Shown here: piece by piece, positions 52,993 to 60,939 of the stretch
Numbering within the stretch: the stretch's first letter is position 1
Layout: each line of letters starts with the position of its first letter
IMG/VR virus record: IMGVR_UViG_3300047160_014545
Span: 1 to 64,000 of that record
DNA: 64,000 bases
Reading direction: 5' to 3' (one strand)
Source: a virus
Lineage: Duplodnaviria > Caudoviricetes
Notes under the pieces: generated by a model
The model's input: the letters and a program-made list of their open reading frames with translations, nothing else
The model's database searches: none
Told to the model about the DNA's origin: nothing
Made by a program: the position numbers and the translations under genes

Positions 52993-53565
52993 TTATCGCT
53001 TCACATAGAATTTGCTGCCGCAATTATCGCAGAGCACCTCGAGATAGTCGGGCTCTTGGATATCGACGAGATCAGCTGCCGTTAATTCATCCTTATCGGC
53101 ACCATCCCCCCTAGCCTCGGCAGCTGGCGAAGCGGCCGGCGACTGGGCAAATGACAGATTGAGTTGCGGCAACTCTGTTTTGAAGTCCAGCACTGCGAGG
53201 TCGAATTCGAATGGGAGGTTCAAGCCGGCGAGTTCGCTGCCGAGCAAATCGTGGTCCCAAAGCGAAAACTCCTGCACCCGATTATCGGCGATCCGGTCGA
53301 GTTTGTTGGTCTCTGCATCGTTGTCGGTGTAGACGCATGGCAGCTCTTTCATGTTGAGCCGACGAGCGGCCTGCCATCGCGTATGGCCTTTTACGATGAC
53401 ATTGTTGCGGTCGAGAACGAGCGGAACATTAAACCCGACTTTGGGCAATATCTCGACCAATTTAGCAACGGTTTGATCGTTTCTGCGGGCATTTCGCTGA
53501 TAAGGCTTGATCCGCCCAATTGGGACCATCTCGATTTTGCTGACGACGTCTACCATGGGAATCAC
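52993..53565 (-). CDS. ParB/Srx N-terminal domain protein with C-terminal Zn ribbon
   Basis: IKPY.RNARRND..V..L...GF.VPLVLD...VIV.GHTR..AA..L.M...P; RIADNR; CDNCG. Confidence 0.85.
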   Translation of the reverse strand: MIPMVDVVSKIEMVPIGRIKPYQRNARRNDQTVAKLVEILPKVGFNVPLVLDRNNVIVKGHTRWQAARRLNMKELPCVYTDNDAETNKLDRIADNRVQEFSLWDHDLLGSELAGLNLPFEFDLAVLDFKTELPQLNLSFAQSPAASPAAEARGDGADKDELTAADLVDIQEPDYLEVLCDNCGSKFYVKR

Positions 53566-54122
53566 GATCCTTTGGTTTTCAGCCGGCTTTCAATCTGCCG
53601 CGGCGTTTCCAGCGCCCGCGAATATTCCGCATTTTCATAAAGCTTGGCATATCCGGTAATATGTTTCAACCGGGCAAGCTCCTCGGGCTCCAGGCCAATT
53701 TCCTCACAGATCTGTTTATTCCCCCATCCGTTCTCGAGCATTGACATCACGAGCGTACCCATGCCCTGGATGCTGTGCTTGCCACGAGCCCGGTTGTGGC
53801 GGACGGTCGAAGCCATGCGGTCATTCAGCGACTTGTCGAGCACGACGATTGGCAGCAAACCATGGTTGCGCTCGTATATGTCGCGGAACCGCTTCATTAC
53901 TGTGAAGCGATGGAGCCCGTCTATGATAATCCAGCCATCCCGCGCATCATCCCTGATAGTGACAATAGGCATCGTGTACCCATCGTGCTTTATCGACGTG
54001 TACAGCAGCCGCAGCTCGGAGATAGCTACATTATTGGGGTTATAATTGTTAGCAAATACTTTCTCTATCGGCACCCAAATGACATTGCTTACAGGATTGT
54101 GGCTCAGATCAGGTGCGGACAT
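53562..54122 (-). CDS. ibrB: IbrB-like ParB domain protein
   Basis: PV..V.WVP..KV.AN.YNPN.VA..E..LL..SI..DGYT.PIV...IIDG.HR...RM.STVRHNRARG.H...M..LV. Confidence 0.85.
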   Translation of the reverse strand: MSAPDLSHNPVSNVIWVPIEKVFANNYNPNNVAISELRLLYTSIKHDGYTMPIVTIRDDARDGWIIIDGLHRFTVMKRFRDIYERNHGLLPIVVLDKSLNDRMASTVRHNRARGKHSIQGMGTLVMSMLENGWGNKQICEEIGLEPEELARLKHITGYAKLYENAEYSRALETPRQIESRLKTKGS

Positions 54123-55200
54123 GAGGCCTCTGATCAATAGCGATTTTCTTCGCCTTTGATTTGGTGCCGTCAACGTCATTGATCACCAGCCCGCGCACAT
54201 GCTCCCTATACCACTCATCTGTATTCTGCCCTTGCCAGAGCTTCAGGAAGATCGGGCGGTTGTGAGGTGCCACCAGATTATCTAGCAGGTAATCGCGGTA
54301 TTCATGCCAGTCCCGAAACACCGAGGGCAACTTGGTCGGGACCAGATCTTCGTGTATGTGATTATAGGTCGATGCTCCGGGAACACGACGCACAAAGCGA
54401 TCGTAAGTTTCGGGCTCAACTTCCTGCAGAATAGCAATCCAGCGAATCGACGTCTCATGAATTAAAAACGATACCCTCATATCATGACGAGCAATTCCGT
54501 AGCGGAAATAATAATCATAAACCCGGTTGTAAGGCAGATTATTCTTGGCGAGGCAAACCCAGACATCCTGATCGGTAAAATCATAGATTGGCCAGAAAGT
54601 GCGGGTCGGGCCGAACATTCGTTTTTCGCACCACTTGATATGCTTATAGGTACCCCCGCCGGCAGTGAACTGAAGGCGGCGCATCGGGCTCTCCACCATG
54701 CGGATCCCGACAAGCACGCCCACATGCTTCTTCCCGGCGACACCGCAGTGCTGGTGCATGTTCTTGCTGATCTGAGCGTATCGGTCGTAGGGGGCGCACG
54801 GGTTGACTTTGATGCTGATGGGATCTTGCGGGCGGATCCATAAATCCTGTGCCTCGGGATCCCAGCAAGTCAAAAAGCCGCTGGTGTGCGACAGGCTGTT
54901 TGTCAGCCGGAACGGAAACTGAAACCAATAGGGCTCGATGTCCGGGGAATATAAAACCTGTCGCATGTGATCATAGGTACCCTGCCACTCGACCTCCTGG
55001 TCGAGCCAGACCACCTTGATTTTAGAAATGCCCCGCTCTTTGGCGACAACCCGGGCGAGGTGCAGCAACACAGTGCTGTCCTTGCCGCCCGACATGGCGA
55101 CGATGACGTCGTCGCACTCGTCATAGACAAAGCGGACGCGATCTAACGCCGCCTCGTAAACCGTGATGTTCTTGTAGGTATTTGCGCGCTTGATGGCTAT
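54109..55200 (-). CDS. ibrA: IbrA-like PAPS-reductase (PP-loop) family protein; N-terminus extended to an ATA codon
   Basis: V.EAALDR.RF.YDE.D.V.V..SGGKDSTV.L; WLDQE.E..GT; GIR..ES..R; F.PIYD.T..DVW; MRVS.LIHE. The only ATG in this region lies inside the P-loop. Confidence 0.85.
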   Translation of the reverse strand: MAIKRANTYKNITVYEAALDRVRFVYDECDDVIVAMSGGKDSTVLLHLARVVAKERGISKIKVVWLDQEVEWQGTYDHMRQVLYSPDIEPYWFQFPFRLTNSLSHTSGFLTCWDPEAQDLWIRPQDPISIKVNPCAPYDRYAQISKNMHQHCGVAGKKHVGVLVGIRMVESPMRRLQFTAGGGTYKHIKWCEKRMFGPTRTFWPIYDFTDQDVWVCLAKNNLPYNRVYDYYFRYGIARHDMRVSFLIHETSIRWIAILQEVEPETYDRFVRRVPGASTYNHIHEDLVPTKLPSVFRDWHEYRDYLLDNLVAPHNRPIFLKLWQGQNTDEWYREHVRGLVINDVDGTKSKAKKIAIDQRPHVRT

Positions 55201-55270
55201 TTCAGGGGGATCCTACCAAAGCTGAACCTGCGGCATAAGGCGCATCGTTGCTTGAGCCATCGCCAGAGGC

Positions 55271-55465
55271 TCATTCGCTCGCCTGCCGGCGCCGCCGGCT
55301 AATGCCAAAGCGGCCGCGGCCTCGGGTATCTGTCGCCCGACTATCAGAACCGCCGTGCTCCCGCACATACTGATCGAACGGCATCTTGGTGCCGTCAGGC
55401 AAAACGATGTTCGTTTGGTCCAGGTACTGCAAAAAGAAACGGTCGGGCCCGTCATTATCAGCCAC
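55271..55465 (-). CDS. Small protein directly after the ART gene (candidate antidote)
   Basis: GGAGGAG RBS, GTG start 3 nt after the ART stop; DRF......NIVL motif. Confidence 0.55.
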   Translation of the reverse strand: MADNDGPDRFFLQYLDQTNIVLPDGTKMPFDQYVREHGGSDSRATDTRGRGRFGISRRRRQASE

Positions 55466-55467
55466 AG

Positions 55468-57669
55468 CTACTCTCCTCCTTTATCCATTTCGCATTCCAT
55501 ATATTTCTTTTGCCTATCGAAATGCGTGATTTTCAGAAACACGCCGCGATTAAAAAGGATCTCGCTTTCACCAACGTTGGCTACCGTAGTTCCTGGCATG
55601 CCGGCAGGAGCGGTGATTTTGATGGTCATGCCGCCCCAACTTTTCATAGGGTTCGGATCAAGGCTGGTTGAGACAAAACCCCGTTCCTCCCAGCGCATTC
55701 CGACCGTGCCGATGGACATCAACGCCGCCTGATATGGTCCCTTGACCCGGCGCCACAAGGTCATCGGCAAAGGCGTTTTCGCCTGGCCCAGCCACTCGTC
55801 AAGAGCCTTCACACGGGTGTCCGTGCAATCTACCTGCTGGCGCATGCAATCGTTCATATCGGTATAACCGCTTCCCTTATAGCTGCTCAGAGAAGACTGC
55901 TGATCAGGCGTTATTTCTGGTCGATGCGTTTCGAGCTTGTGATAGGCGTCCGAATAACTTCCTGCAGCTATGGAGCTCTCGATCTCGGCGACCGGCACCG
56001 GCGCTGGTTTTGGCATTGGTGGCGGTTTGGGGGGCGGAGCGGGTGCAACCGGCTTCACGGGAGCCGTGACATCGGCACTAAGAATGGTATTTCTTCTATC
56101 TGCTAATTTGGTCGCGAGAGATTGCTTCGCAGCCGAATCGCCAGGACCCCATTGCTCAACTACAGAAAGAATAGCCGCCTCTGAAATTTGCAGAGACTTC
56201 TTTGATTCCTGCAATTCCTGTGGTGTCATATCGCCATAAAGCGAAGCAGCTGACGGATTCTTATGCGGGTCTCGCATCGTTGTCCATTCCGATGCCTGAT
56301 ATCCGAAGGCGTCTCCCTTCGGGGTTCCCCCAGCGCGGTAGAGCAGAGCGCCGCCAAAATCCAGCGGCAATAACTTTCCGTTTTTATCTGCCCCGACATT
56401 ATCGCCGGTCAGCCCGACTGCGTCCCAATTGGCCAGCCATGCGTGGATCGCGAAATCCTTCTTGGCCTGCGCCCGCTGCTCGGGCGTGAGTTCCTTCAGG
56501 TTGTCTTTGCCGAGGTCGACCATCTTGGTCGCCACTCCGAGCTTACCTTCGGGCAACGCCACCGGGTGATAATCCAGAGTGCTGCCCCCAGCCAGCCGGA
56601 AAAGAGCGGCAGCGAGCATCTCATTCGCGGCGTGGGCATCGGTCTTAGAGAACTTCACATAGTATTTATTCCCTGATGCGTCCTCGAACACACCGCCCGG
56701 GTTCGAACCCTTTTGCGGCCCAACCTGCTTGAGATTGGCGAAGTTCAAAATCGGCCCGATCGCCGAGTTGGCTCGTTCAACCGGCGAAAGCTCTTTCTTG
56801 GGCGTCGGCACCTCCGGCTCTGGCTTGGCCGCAGGAGCCTCTGCGGGGACTGCTGGCGCTTCGCCGCCGGGCTTGCCCTTGAACTTGCCGCCGGGCCCGC
56901 GCGGATGGAGCGCTTCAAACGCTATATTGAGCTGCTGCTGAGTCGTACCCTGAACGATTCCTTTTTCCTTTGTCCAAAGCTGCCACTTTCCGGCATTCGG
57001 GGGATCAATCCCGATAACGAGGGATTCAGTTCCCGCGTTGTTGACCCACCGCATGGCCTGGCCGCCCTGCCACTTGGTGCCCTCCATATTTGGCAAAACC
57101 GCATTCACCCCAGGCGGAGGTGCTAGCGGCGTCTTTCCGGCGGCTGGTTCCTTTGCTTCAGGCTTCGCCGCCGGGGCCGCTGCGGAGGCCGCTGGAGCAG
57201 GGGAAGGCTTTTCGTGATGGATATGTACCTGTGGCTCGTTAGGGTGCTCCAGCAAGCTCTGGAGAGCCGCTAGACCCTTGCCAGTTTTCTCTACTCGATA
57301 GCCGGGTCCGGCACTCACCCATTTGAAAGACCCCGACGGGATATATTTAGATTTGCCAGAGGTTGGCGGGTCAAACGAGAAGGTGAGCGTTTTCCCGCTC
57401 GGATGCGCAAAAGTCTGCTGTCCCTTTTGATGTTGAAATCCGAGTTCCTGTAACAGGTTTGTAATTTTCGAGCTTAGTGAGTAGGGGGCGCCCTTTGCAG
57501 CTGCCGGCGTTTCCTTTCCTACCGCTGCCGCTTCGCCGCCCCCCTCGCCTGCCTTGACAAACTGCCCACCCTTGCCGGTGCCCTTGGCACCGCGCGGATG
57601 CTCAGCTTCCTTGAATTCATCGCGGAAATAATACCTCTTGTGTCCGATATGGATCCCGATGGTTAGCAT
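55468..57669 (-). CDS. Multidomain effector: HPRG..G.F motifs, HipA/PI3K-like kinase fold, VIP2-type ADP-ribosyltransferase
   Basis: Kinase: GSNPGG......YYVK, ANE.LAA.L, AWLANWDAVG...DN, LDFGGAL. ART: Y.G.GY..MN..MR, TLWRRV, GFVSTS, GESEILF (R-STS-ExE). Confidence 0.85.
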   Translation of the reverse strand: MLTIGIHIGHKRYYFRDEFKEAEHPRGAKGTGKGGQFVKAGEGGGEAAAVGKETPAAAKGAPYSLSSKITNLLQELGFQHQKGQQTFAHPSGKTLTFSFDPPTSGKSKYIPSGSFKWVSAGPGYRVEKTGKGLAALQSLLEHPNEPQVHIHHEKPSPAPAASAAAPAAKPEAKEPAAGKTPLAPPPGVNAVLPNMEGTKWQGGQAMRWVNNAGTESLVIGIDPPNAGKWQLWTKEKGIVQGTTQQQLNIAFEALHPRGPGGKFKGKPGGEAPAVPAEAPAAKPEPEVPTPKKELSPVERANSAIGPILNFANLKQVGPQKGSNPGGVFEDASGNKYYVKFSKTDAHAANEMLAAALFRLAGGSTLDYHPVALPEGKLGVATKMVDLGKDNLKELTPEQRAQAKKDFAIHAWLANWDAVGLTGDNVGADKNGKLLPLDFGGALLYRAGGTPKGDAFGYQASEWTTMRDPHKNPSAASLYGDMTPQELQESKKSLQISEAAILSVVEQWGPGDSAAKQSLATKLADRRNTILSADVTAPVKPVAPAPPPKPPPMPKPAPVPVAEIESSIAAGSYSDAYHKLETHRPEITPDQQSSLSSYKGSGYTDMNDCMRQQVDCTDTRVKALDEWLGQAKTPLPMTLWRRVKGPYQAALMSIGTVGMRWEERGFVSTSLDPNPMKSWGGMTIKITAPAGMPGTTVANVGESEILFNRGVFLKITHFDRQKKYMECEMDKGGE

Positions 57670-57967
57670 CCTGCGCCCTCTTCAGGATTCCCCAAACGTT
57701 ACCGTAAAGTGCCGACCGGGAGGTGTCTACCGTCTCTTTGAAGTTATGATAATCGATCCTCATAATTAGCGCAAACACTGCGTCTGCAACAGTCCGCCGC
57801 GGAAGAGATATTCGATAGCGATAATCGGCATCTGGCGTGAAGCTGATTTTTGCCCTTGGAAAAAGTTTCTGAAGATCTCGGCGAAAACGCCCGCGCACCA
57901 TTAAATTATCAGAGTTGTTTTTGTCTTCGACGACCGAGATAAAGCCACGCGTGGCGAACACCCACAT
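57617..57967 (-). CDS. Conserved hypothetical protein (MW.F...GF.S.V...L.VR.R...DY.YR...IDY.NFK)
   Basis: Recognisable motif; immediately upstream of the effector. Confidence 0.7.
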   Translation of the reverse strand: MWVFATRGFISVVEDKNNSDNLMVRGRFRRDLQKLFPRAKISFTPDADYRYRISLPRRTVADAVFALIMRIDYHNFKETVDTSRSALYGNVWGILKRAQDANHRDPYRTQEVLFPR

Positions 57968-58018
57968 TTTTATTTTTCCTTTCTGCCGCATTTATTTTTA
58001 GCGGCGTGCGCCACAGCC

Positions 58019-58285
58019 TCATGGCGTGGTGCCCATGATCTTGGCGTTCGCCGAGGTAAGCTCGCGCACCATCGAGCAATGCACGCTGAGCAATTCAGCC
58101 CGCATCTTGCGGGTGCCCTCCACATCGCCGGGTATATGATGGCCCGCCAACCAGATCGCCAGGCAATCAGCAAGCACCGCCCCCTGAACTTCGGCTGGCT
58201 TGCCAGCTAACAACGGCCCGAATTGCTCGACGATTGCCGCAACCTGCTCGGCGCGTCCGGTTATTTTCGCGTGGTCATCACACAT
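58019..58285 (-). CDS. Hypothetical protein
   Basis: PLLAGK..EVQGAVLAD.LA.WLAGH motif. Confidence 0.55.
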   Translation of the reverse strand: MCDDHAKITGRAEQVAAIVEQFGPLLAGKPAEVQGAVLADCLAIWLAGHHIPGDVEGTRKMRAELLSVHCSMVRELTSANAKIMGTTP

Positions 58286-58676
58286 GAAACACCGGCAGCG
58301 GCACGTCTTGCGCCCGCACCGGGCGATAGGGTGTTAGCCTCGGGTCGCGCCGGCCGAGCTCCCGCGCCTGGCGGATCGCCTCCGCCTCGAGGCGGTAACG
58401 CTGCTCGCTCAGCGGCATCGGTTGTTTCCAATGTCCAGCAAGGCAAGTCTGCCGCTCGCGGGCGAATTCGAACACCGGCTCGGTCCAGATCGACTTAGGC
58501 GGATCATACCATTCGCCACCGACCTCAGCGGCGAGAAACGGCTTGCCGCCGCGGTCAAGCTTGTTTTCAGGATCCCCCGGCTCGTGGTCGCACCACCAAA
58601 TGCGCACCGGCACAAACGGGCCACGGCGAACCATCTGCATCAGCCAGCAACCAGTTTGAGGGACGAAGCTAGACAT
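58278..58676 (-). CDS. Conserved hypothetical phage protein
   Basis: G.WL...VR.GP.VPVRIW motif. Confidence 0.6.
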   Translation of the reverse strand: MSSFVPQTGCWLMQMVRRGPFVPVRIWWCDHEPGDPENKLDRGGKPFLAAEVGGEWYDPPKSIWTEPVFEFARERQTCLAGHWKQPMPLSEQRYRLEAEAIRQARELGRRDPRLTPYRPVRAQDVPLPVFHV

Positions 58677-58998
58677 TGCCGAAGGTCATCCCACCAGATC
58701 GGCTGGGATGATGCGCTCCATCACACGCTTGGTTTGCGGGCGCGGGCTCTGCCTCTCCATCGCCGAGCACCGACAAACGCCAGCTGTCGTCGAGCACCAC
58801 CAGCCCAACTCCGCTCGTCAGCGTACCGAGAAAACATTGTCGCACATTAAGGTCAAACTGGGCGCGCTCTTCACGCGGCATCGTCTGCAGAAACGGCACC
58901 CACACGACGAGCGTATCGCCGGGGTTAAGCGCCAAGCGCTCGATGCGCGGGGTATCGGGCAAAAGCGGGGACATCGTCCCCTCCTTTAGATTGTCCAT
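58669..58998 (-). CDS. Hypothetical protein (alternative start at 58974)
   Basis: Two SD-preceded ATGs; IERL.L.PGDTLVV motif. Confidence 0.55.
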   Translation of the reverse strand: MDNLKEGTMSPLLPDTPRIERLALNPGDTLVVWVPFLQTMPREERAQFDLNVRQCFLGTLTSGVGLVVLDDSWRLSVLGDGEAEPAPANQACDGAHHPSRSGGMTFGNV

Positions 58999-59029
58999 AT
59001 GTTTCCTCTCTCTTATATTTGCGGAGAGT

Positions 59030-59056
59030 TGTCAAGGCGGTTTACAAAATGTCAAG
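59030..59056. promoter_or_regulatory. Tandem TGTCAAG motif with 20-bp period
   Basis: TGTCAAG at 59030 and 59050 in an AT-rich intergenic gap. Confidence 0.35.
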
Positions 59057-59059
59057 CCT

Positions 59060-59344
59060 TTAATATCTCCTGCCGGTGGCACGAAGCAGCGCCAAATGCT
59101 GCTCATTTGGCGTAGGCACGTGCCTGAAAGGCGGCACCGGTGCCGGCTCAGATTCAACGGCAACCGGTTCCTTGGTCACACGCGGAATGTCACCATAACA
59201 GCGCCGCAAATATTCCCGGCCGCAAACCCGGCCAGTCGCGTCGTGTACCTCCCTGGCAATCTGCGTCCAGCTTAGCCCCCGAGCCCGCGCGGCCGTTACG
59301 ATTTCAGCTTCGGACTTCTCGGTGGTCTGGGATTGGTCAGGCAT
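59060..59344 (-). CDS. HTH-like small protein
   Basis: ARARGLSWTQIAREV; ATGA-type coupling. Confidence 0.5.
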   Translation of the reverse strand: MPDQSQTTEKSEAEIVTAARARGLSWTQIAREVHDATGRVCGREYLRRCYGDIPRVTKEPVAVESEPAPVPPFRHVPTPNEQHLALLRATGRRY

Positions 59345-59615
59345 TTTGCAACCCCTTGCATGCCACTTTGATTGAGCGCGGGTCATCAGCACGCCCCGCA
59401 GTGGTGCAGGCGATGGATAGTCCGCAAATCCGACAGACTATATGCCACGCCCCGCACCGGCGAGCAGGATACGGTAACGCGATGATACAGGTCTTAGCTG
59501 CCCCTAGAGAAAGATCACAATCAATGCCATGAGGATACGCTGGGTTCGGCTGACATTGGGGTTCGCGACCAGAGTCGAGCCAGCGCACGTCATGGGATGT
59601 TGGCGTGCCCGTCAC
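59337..59615 (-). CDS. Cys-rich conserved phage protein
   Basis: W.D.GREPQC.PNP.YP.GID.D...C...LPYPA.RCG...C..CG...TTAGR.DDPRS. Confidence 0.65.
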   Translation of the reverse strand: MTGTPTSHDVRWLDSGREPQCQPNPAYPHGIDCDLSLGAAKTCIIALPYPARRCGAWHIVCRICGLSIACTTAGRADDPRSIKVACKGLQNA

Positions 59616-59821
59616 CCGCAATCCTCCAGCTGATAGCCTTTTCTCATTTCGATGAGATGCTGTTGGAATTCGGTATGCGTGCCGACCCACCCACATCTGC
59701 AGCGCATTTCCGACCCGTCCAATCGACCAGCGAAAACGTCATGTCCGGGGACCCCCCAACGACGGATAATCTCTGCTTCGACCGCACTCCATCCGATTTT
59801 ACCGGCATCTTTCCATATCAT
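59612..59821 (-). CDS. Small C2H2-like protein
   Basis: H...C.CGW.G....F.QH. Confidence 0.45.
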   Translation of the reverse strand: MIWKDAGKIGWSAVEAEIIRRWGVPGHDVFAGRLDGSEMRCRCGWVGTHTEFQQHLIEMRKGYQLEDCG

Positions 59822-59836
59822 TTACAGCACCCCCGA

Positions 59837-60340
59837 CTAGAATGGAATGTCGTCGTCGAGCTCGGGATGACCGCCAACACGAGGCCGCTCGAACTGGGTG
59901 ACGTTGTCGCCAAAATCGCTTGTATTACCCCAGTTCCCGTCATCCTCGTCAAAGCCATTGGCGCGCGCCGCTGCCTTCTCGGCGCGCTTGTCGGTGAGCA
60001 GCAGGAATCTTCCACCCCAACCGCGCACCACGATTTCGGTCGAGTAACGGTCTTTGCCGTCCCTGTCCTGCCATTTGCGGGTCTGCAATTGCCCCTCGAT
60101 ATAAACGCGGTCACCCTTTCGCACCGATTTCTCGATGTGCTTCACCAGGCCATCACCCCAAACGACGATGCTATGCCACTCGGTTTTTTCCTTGCGCCCG
60201 CCGCCGTTCTTGTCAAACCAGTATTCCGAGGTCGCCACCGAAAGGTTCGCCAGGCGGTCGCCAGATGTAATTGAGCGCGTCTCCGGGTCCCGGCCCATCG
60301 TGCCGAGCACAGTCACCCGATTTATGCAGTAGGAGGGCAT
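59837..60340 (-). CDS. ssb: Single-stranded DNA-binding protein
   Basis: INRV..LG..GRDPE.R....A.LSVATSE.W.DK..G.RKEKTEWH.IV.W...KG..VYIEGQLQTRKWQD.DG.DRYSTE; acidic tail LDDDIPF. Confidence 0.95.
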   Translation of the reverse strand: MPSYCINRVTVLGTMGRDPETRSITSGDRLANLSVATSEYWFDKNGGGRKEKTEWHSIVVWGDGLVKHIEKSVRKGDRVYIEGQLQTRKWQDRDGKDRYSTEIVVRGWGGRFLLLTDKRAEKAAARANGFDEDDGNWGNTSDFGDNVTQFERPRVGGHPELDDDIPF

Positions 60341-60373
60341 GGAATTCTTTACTCCGAGGAATTTCTATAAATA

Positions 60374-60934
60374 CTATTTGCTACGCGGGATCGCCTTGAC
60401 CTCGGCAACCGAATCCAAAAAACGCAAGCTTGTTTCAGCCCAATACACCATGCCGGAGCGCCCATGATTCATACTCCTATGATTCTCATGCTCCACCAGG
60501 AAACCGAGCTCCTGCCCGAACAATCCAGTCGGGCATTTCTTAGGACATCCGCAGTTTATATCTCGGGGATTTGGCGTGCTGTTTTGGTGTAGAAACAGCA
60601 GCCACACCGGCAGTTTTGTGATCCTAGCGACGTGCTGATAATCTTCATAGTGCCGTAGATCGATTCCAGTAGTCCATCGCTGTGTTTTGCGGTGCCAACT
60701 GAATACAGACTTGTGCTTGGCTTCGCACCATAACACCCCCCATGCGCGAGTAAATACGAGCATGTCAGGCGCGACGTATTCACCAATCGGCGCAAAGAAC
60801 TGTGGCCCCTTGCCGGTATGGTACTCAGTCTCGTAAATCGGGAGGATCGAGTTTCCACGATCGCGAATCCACCTACCGATATATTTCTCGGACACCCGAC
60901 CGGTCTTCAGATTATCTTCAAATGTCAAACCCAT
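60374..60934 (-). CDS. PD-(D/E)xK-like nuclease-fold protein
   Basis: E..I..W (helix) ... APDMLVF ... WCEAKHK; directly downstream of the MTase. Confidence 0.6.
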   Translation of the reverse strand: MGLTFEDNLKTGRVSEKYIGRWIRDRGNSILPIYETEYHTGKGPQFFAPIGEYVAPDMLVFTRAWGVLWCEAKHKSVFSWHRKTQRWTTGIDLRHYEDYQHVARITKLPVWLLFLHQNSTPNPRDINCGCPKKCPTGLFGQELGFLVEHENHRSMNHGRSGMVYWAETSLRFLDSVAEVKAIPRSK

Positions 60935-60939
60935 GATGA

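Noticed and set aside
55213-55215. Genome-wide amber (TAG) recoding suggested by the in-frame TAG above ibrA
   Set aside because: TAG serves as a normal terminator for well-defined genes here (13738, 24986, 26640), and no suppressor tRNA is seen.
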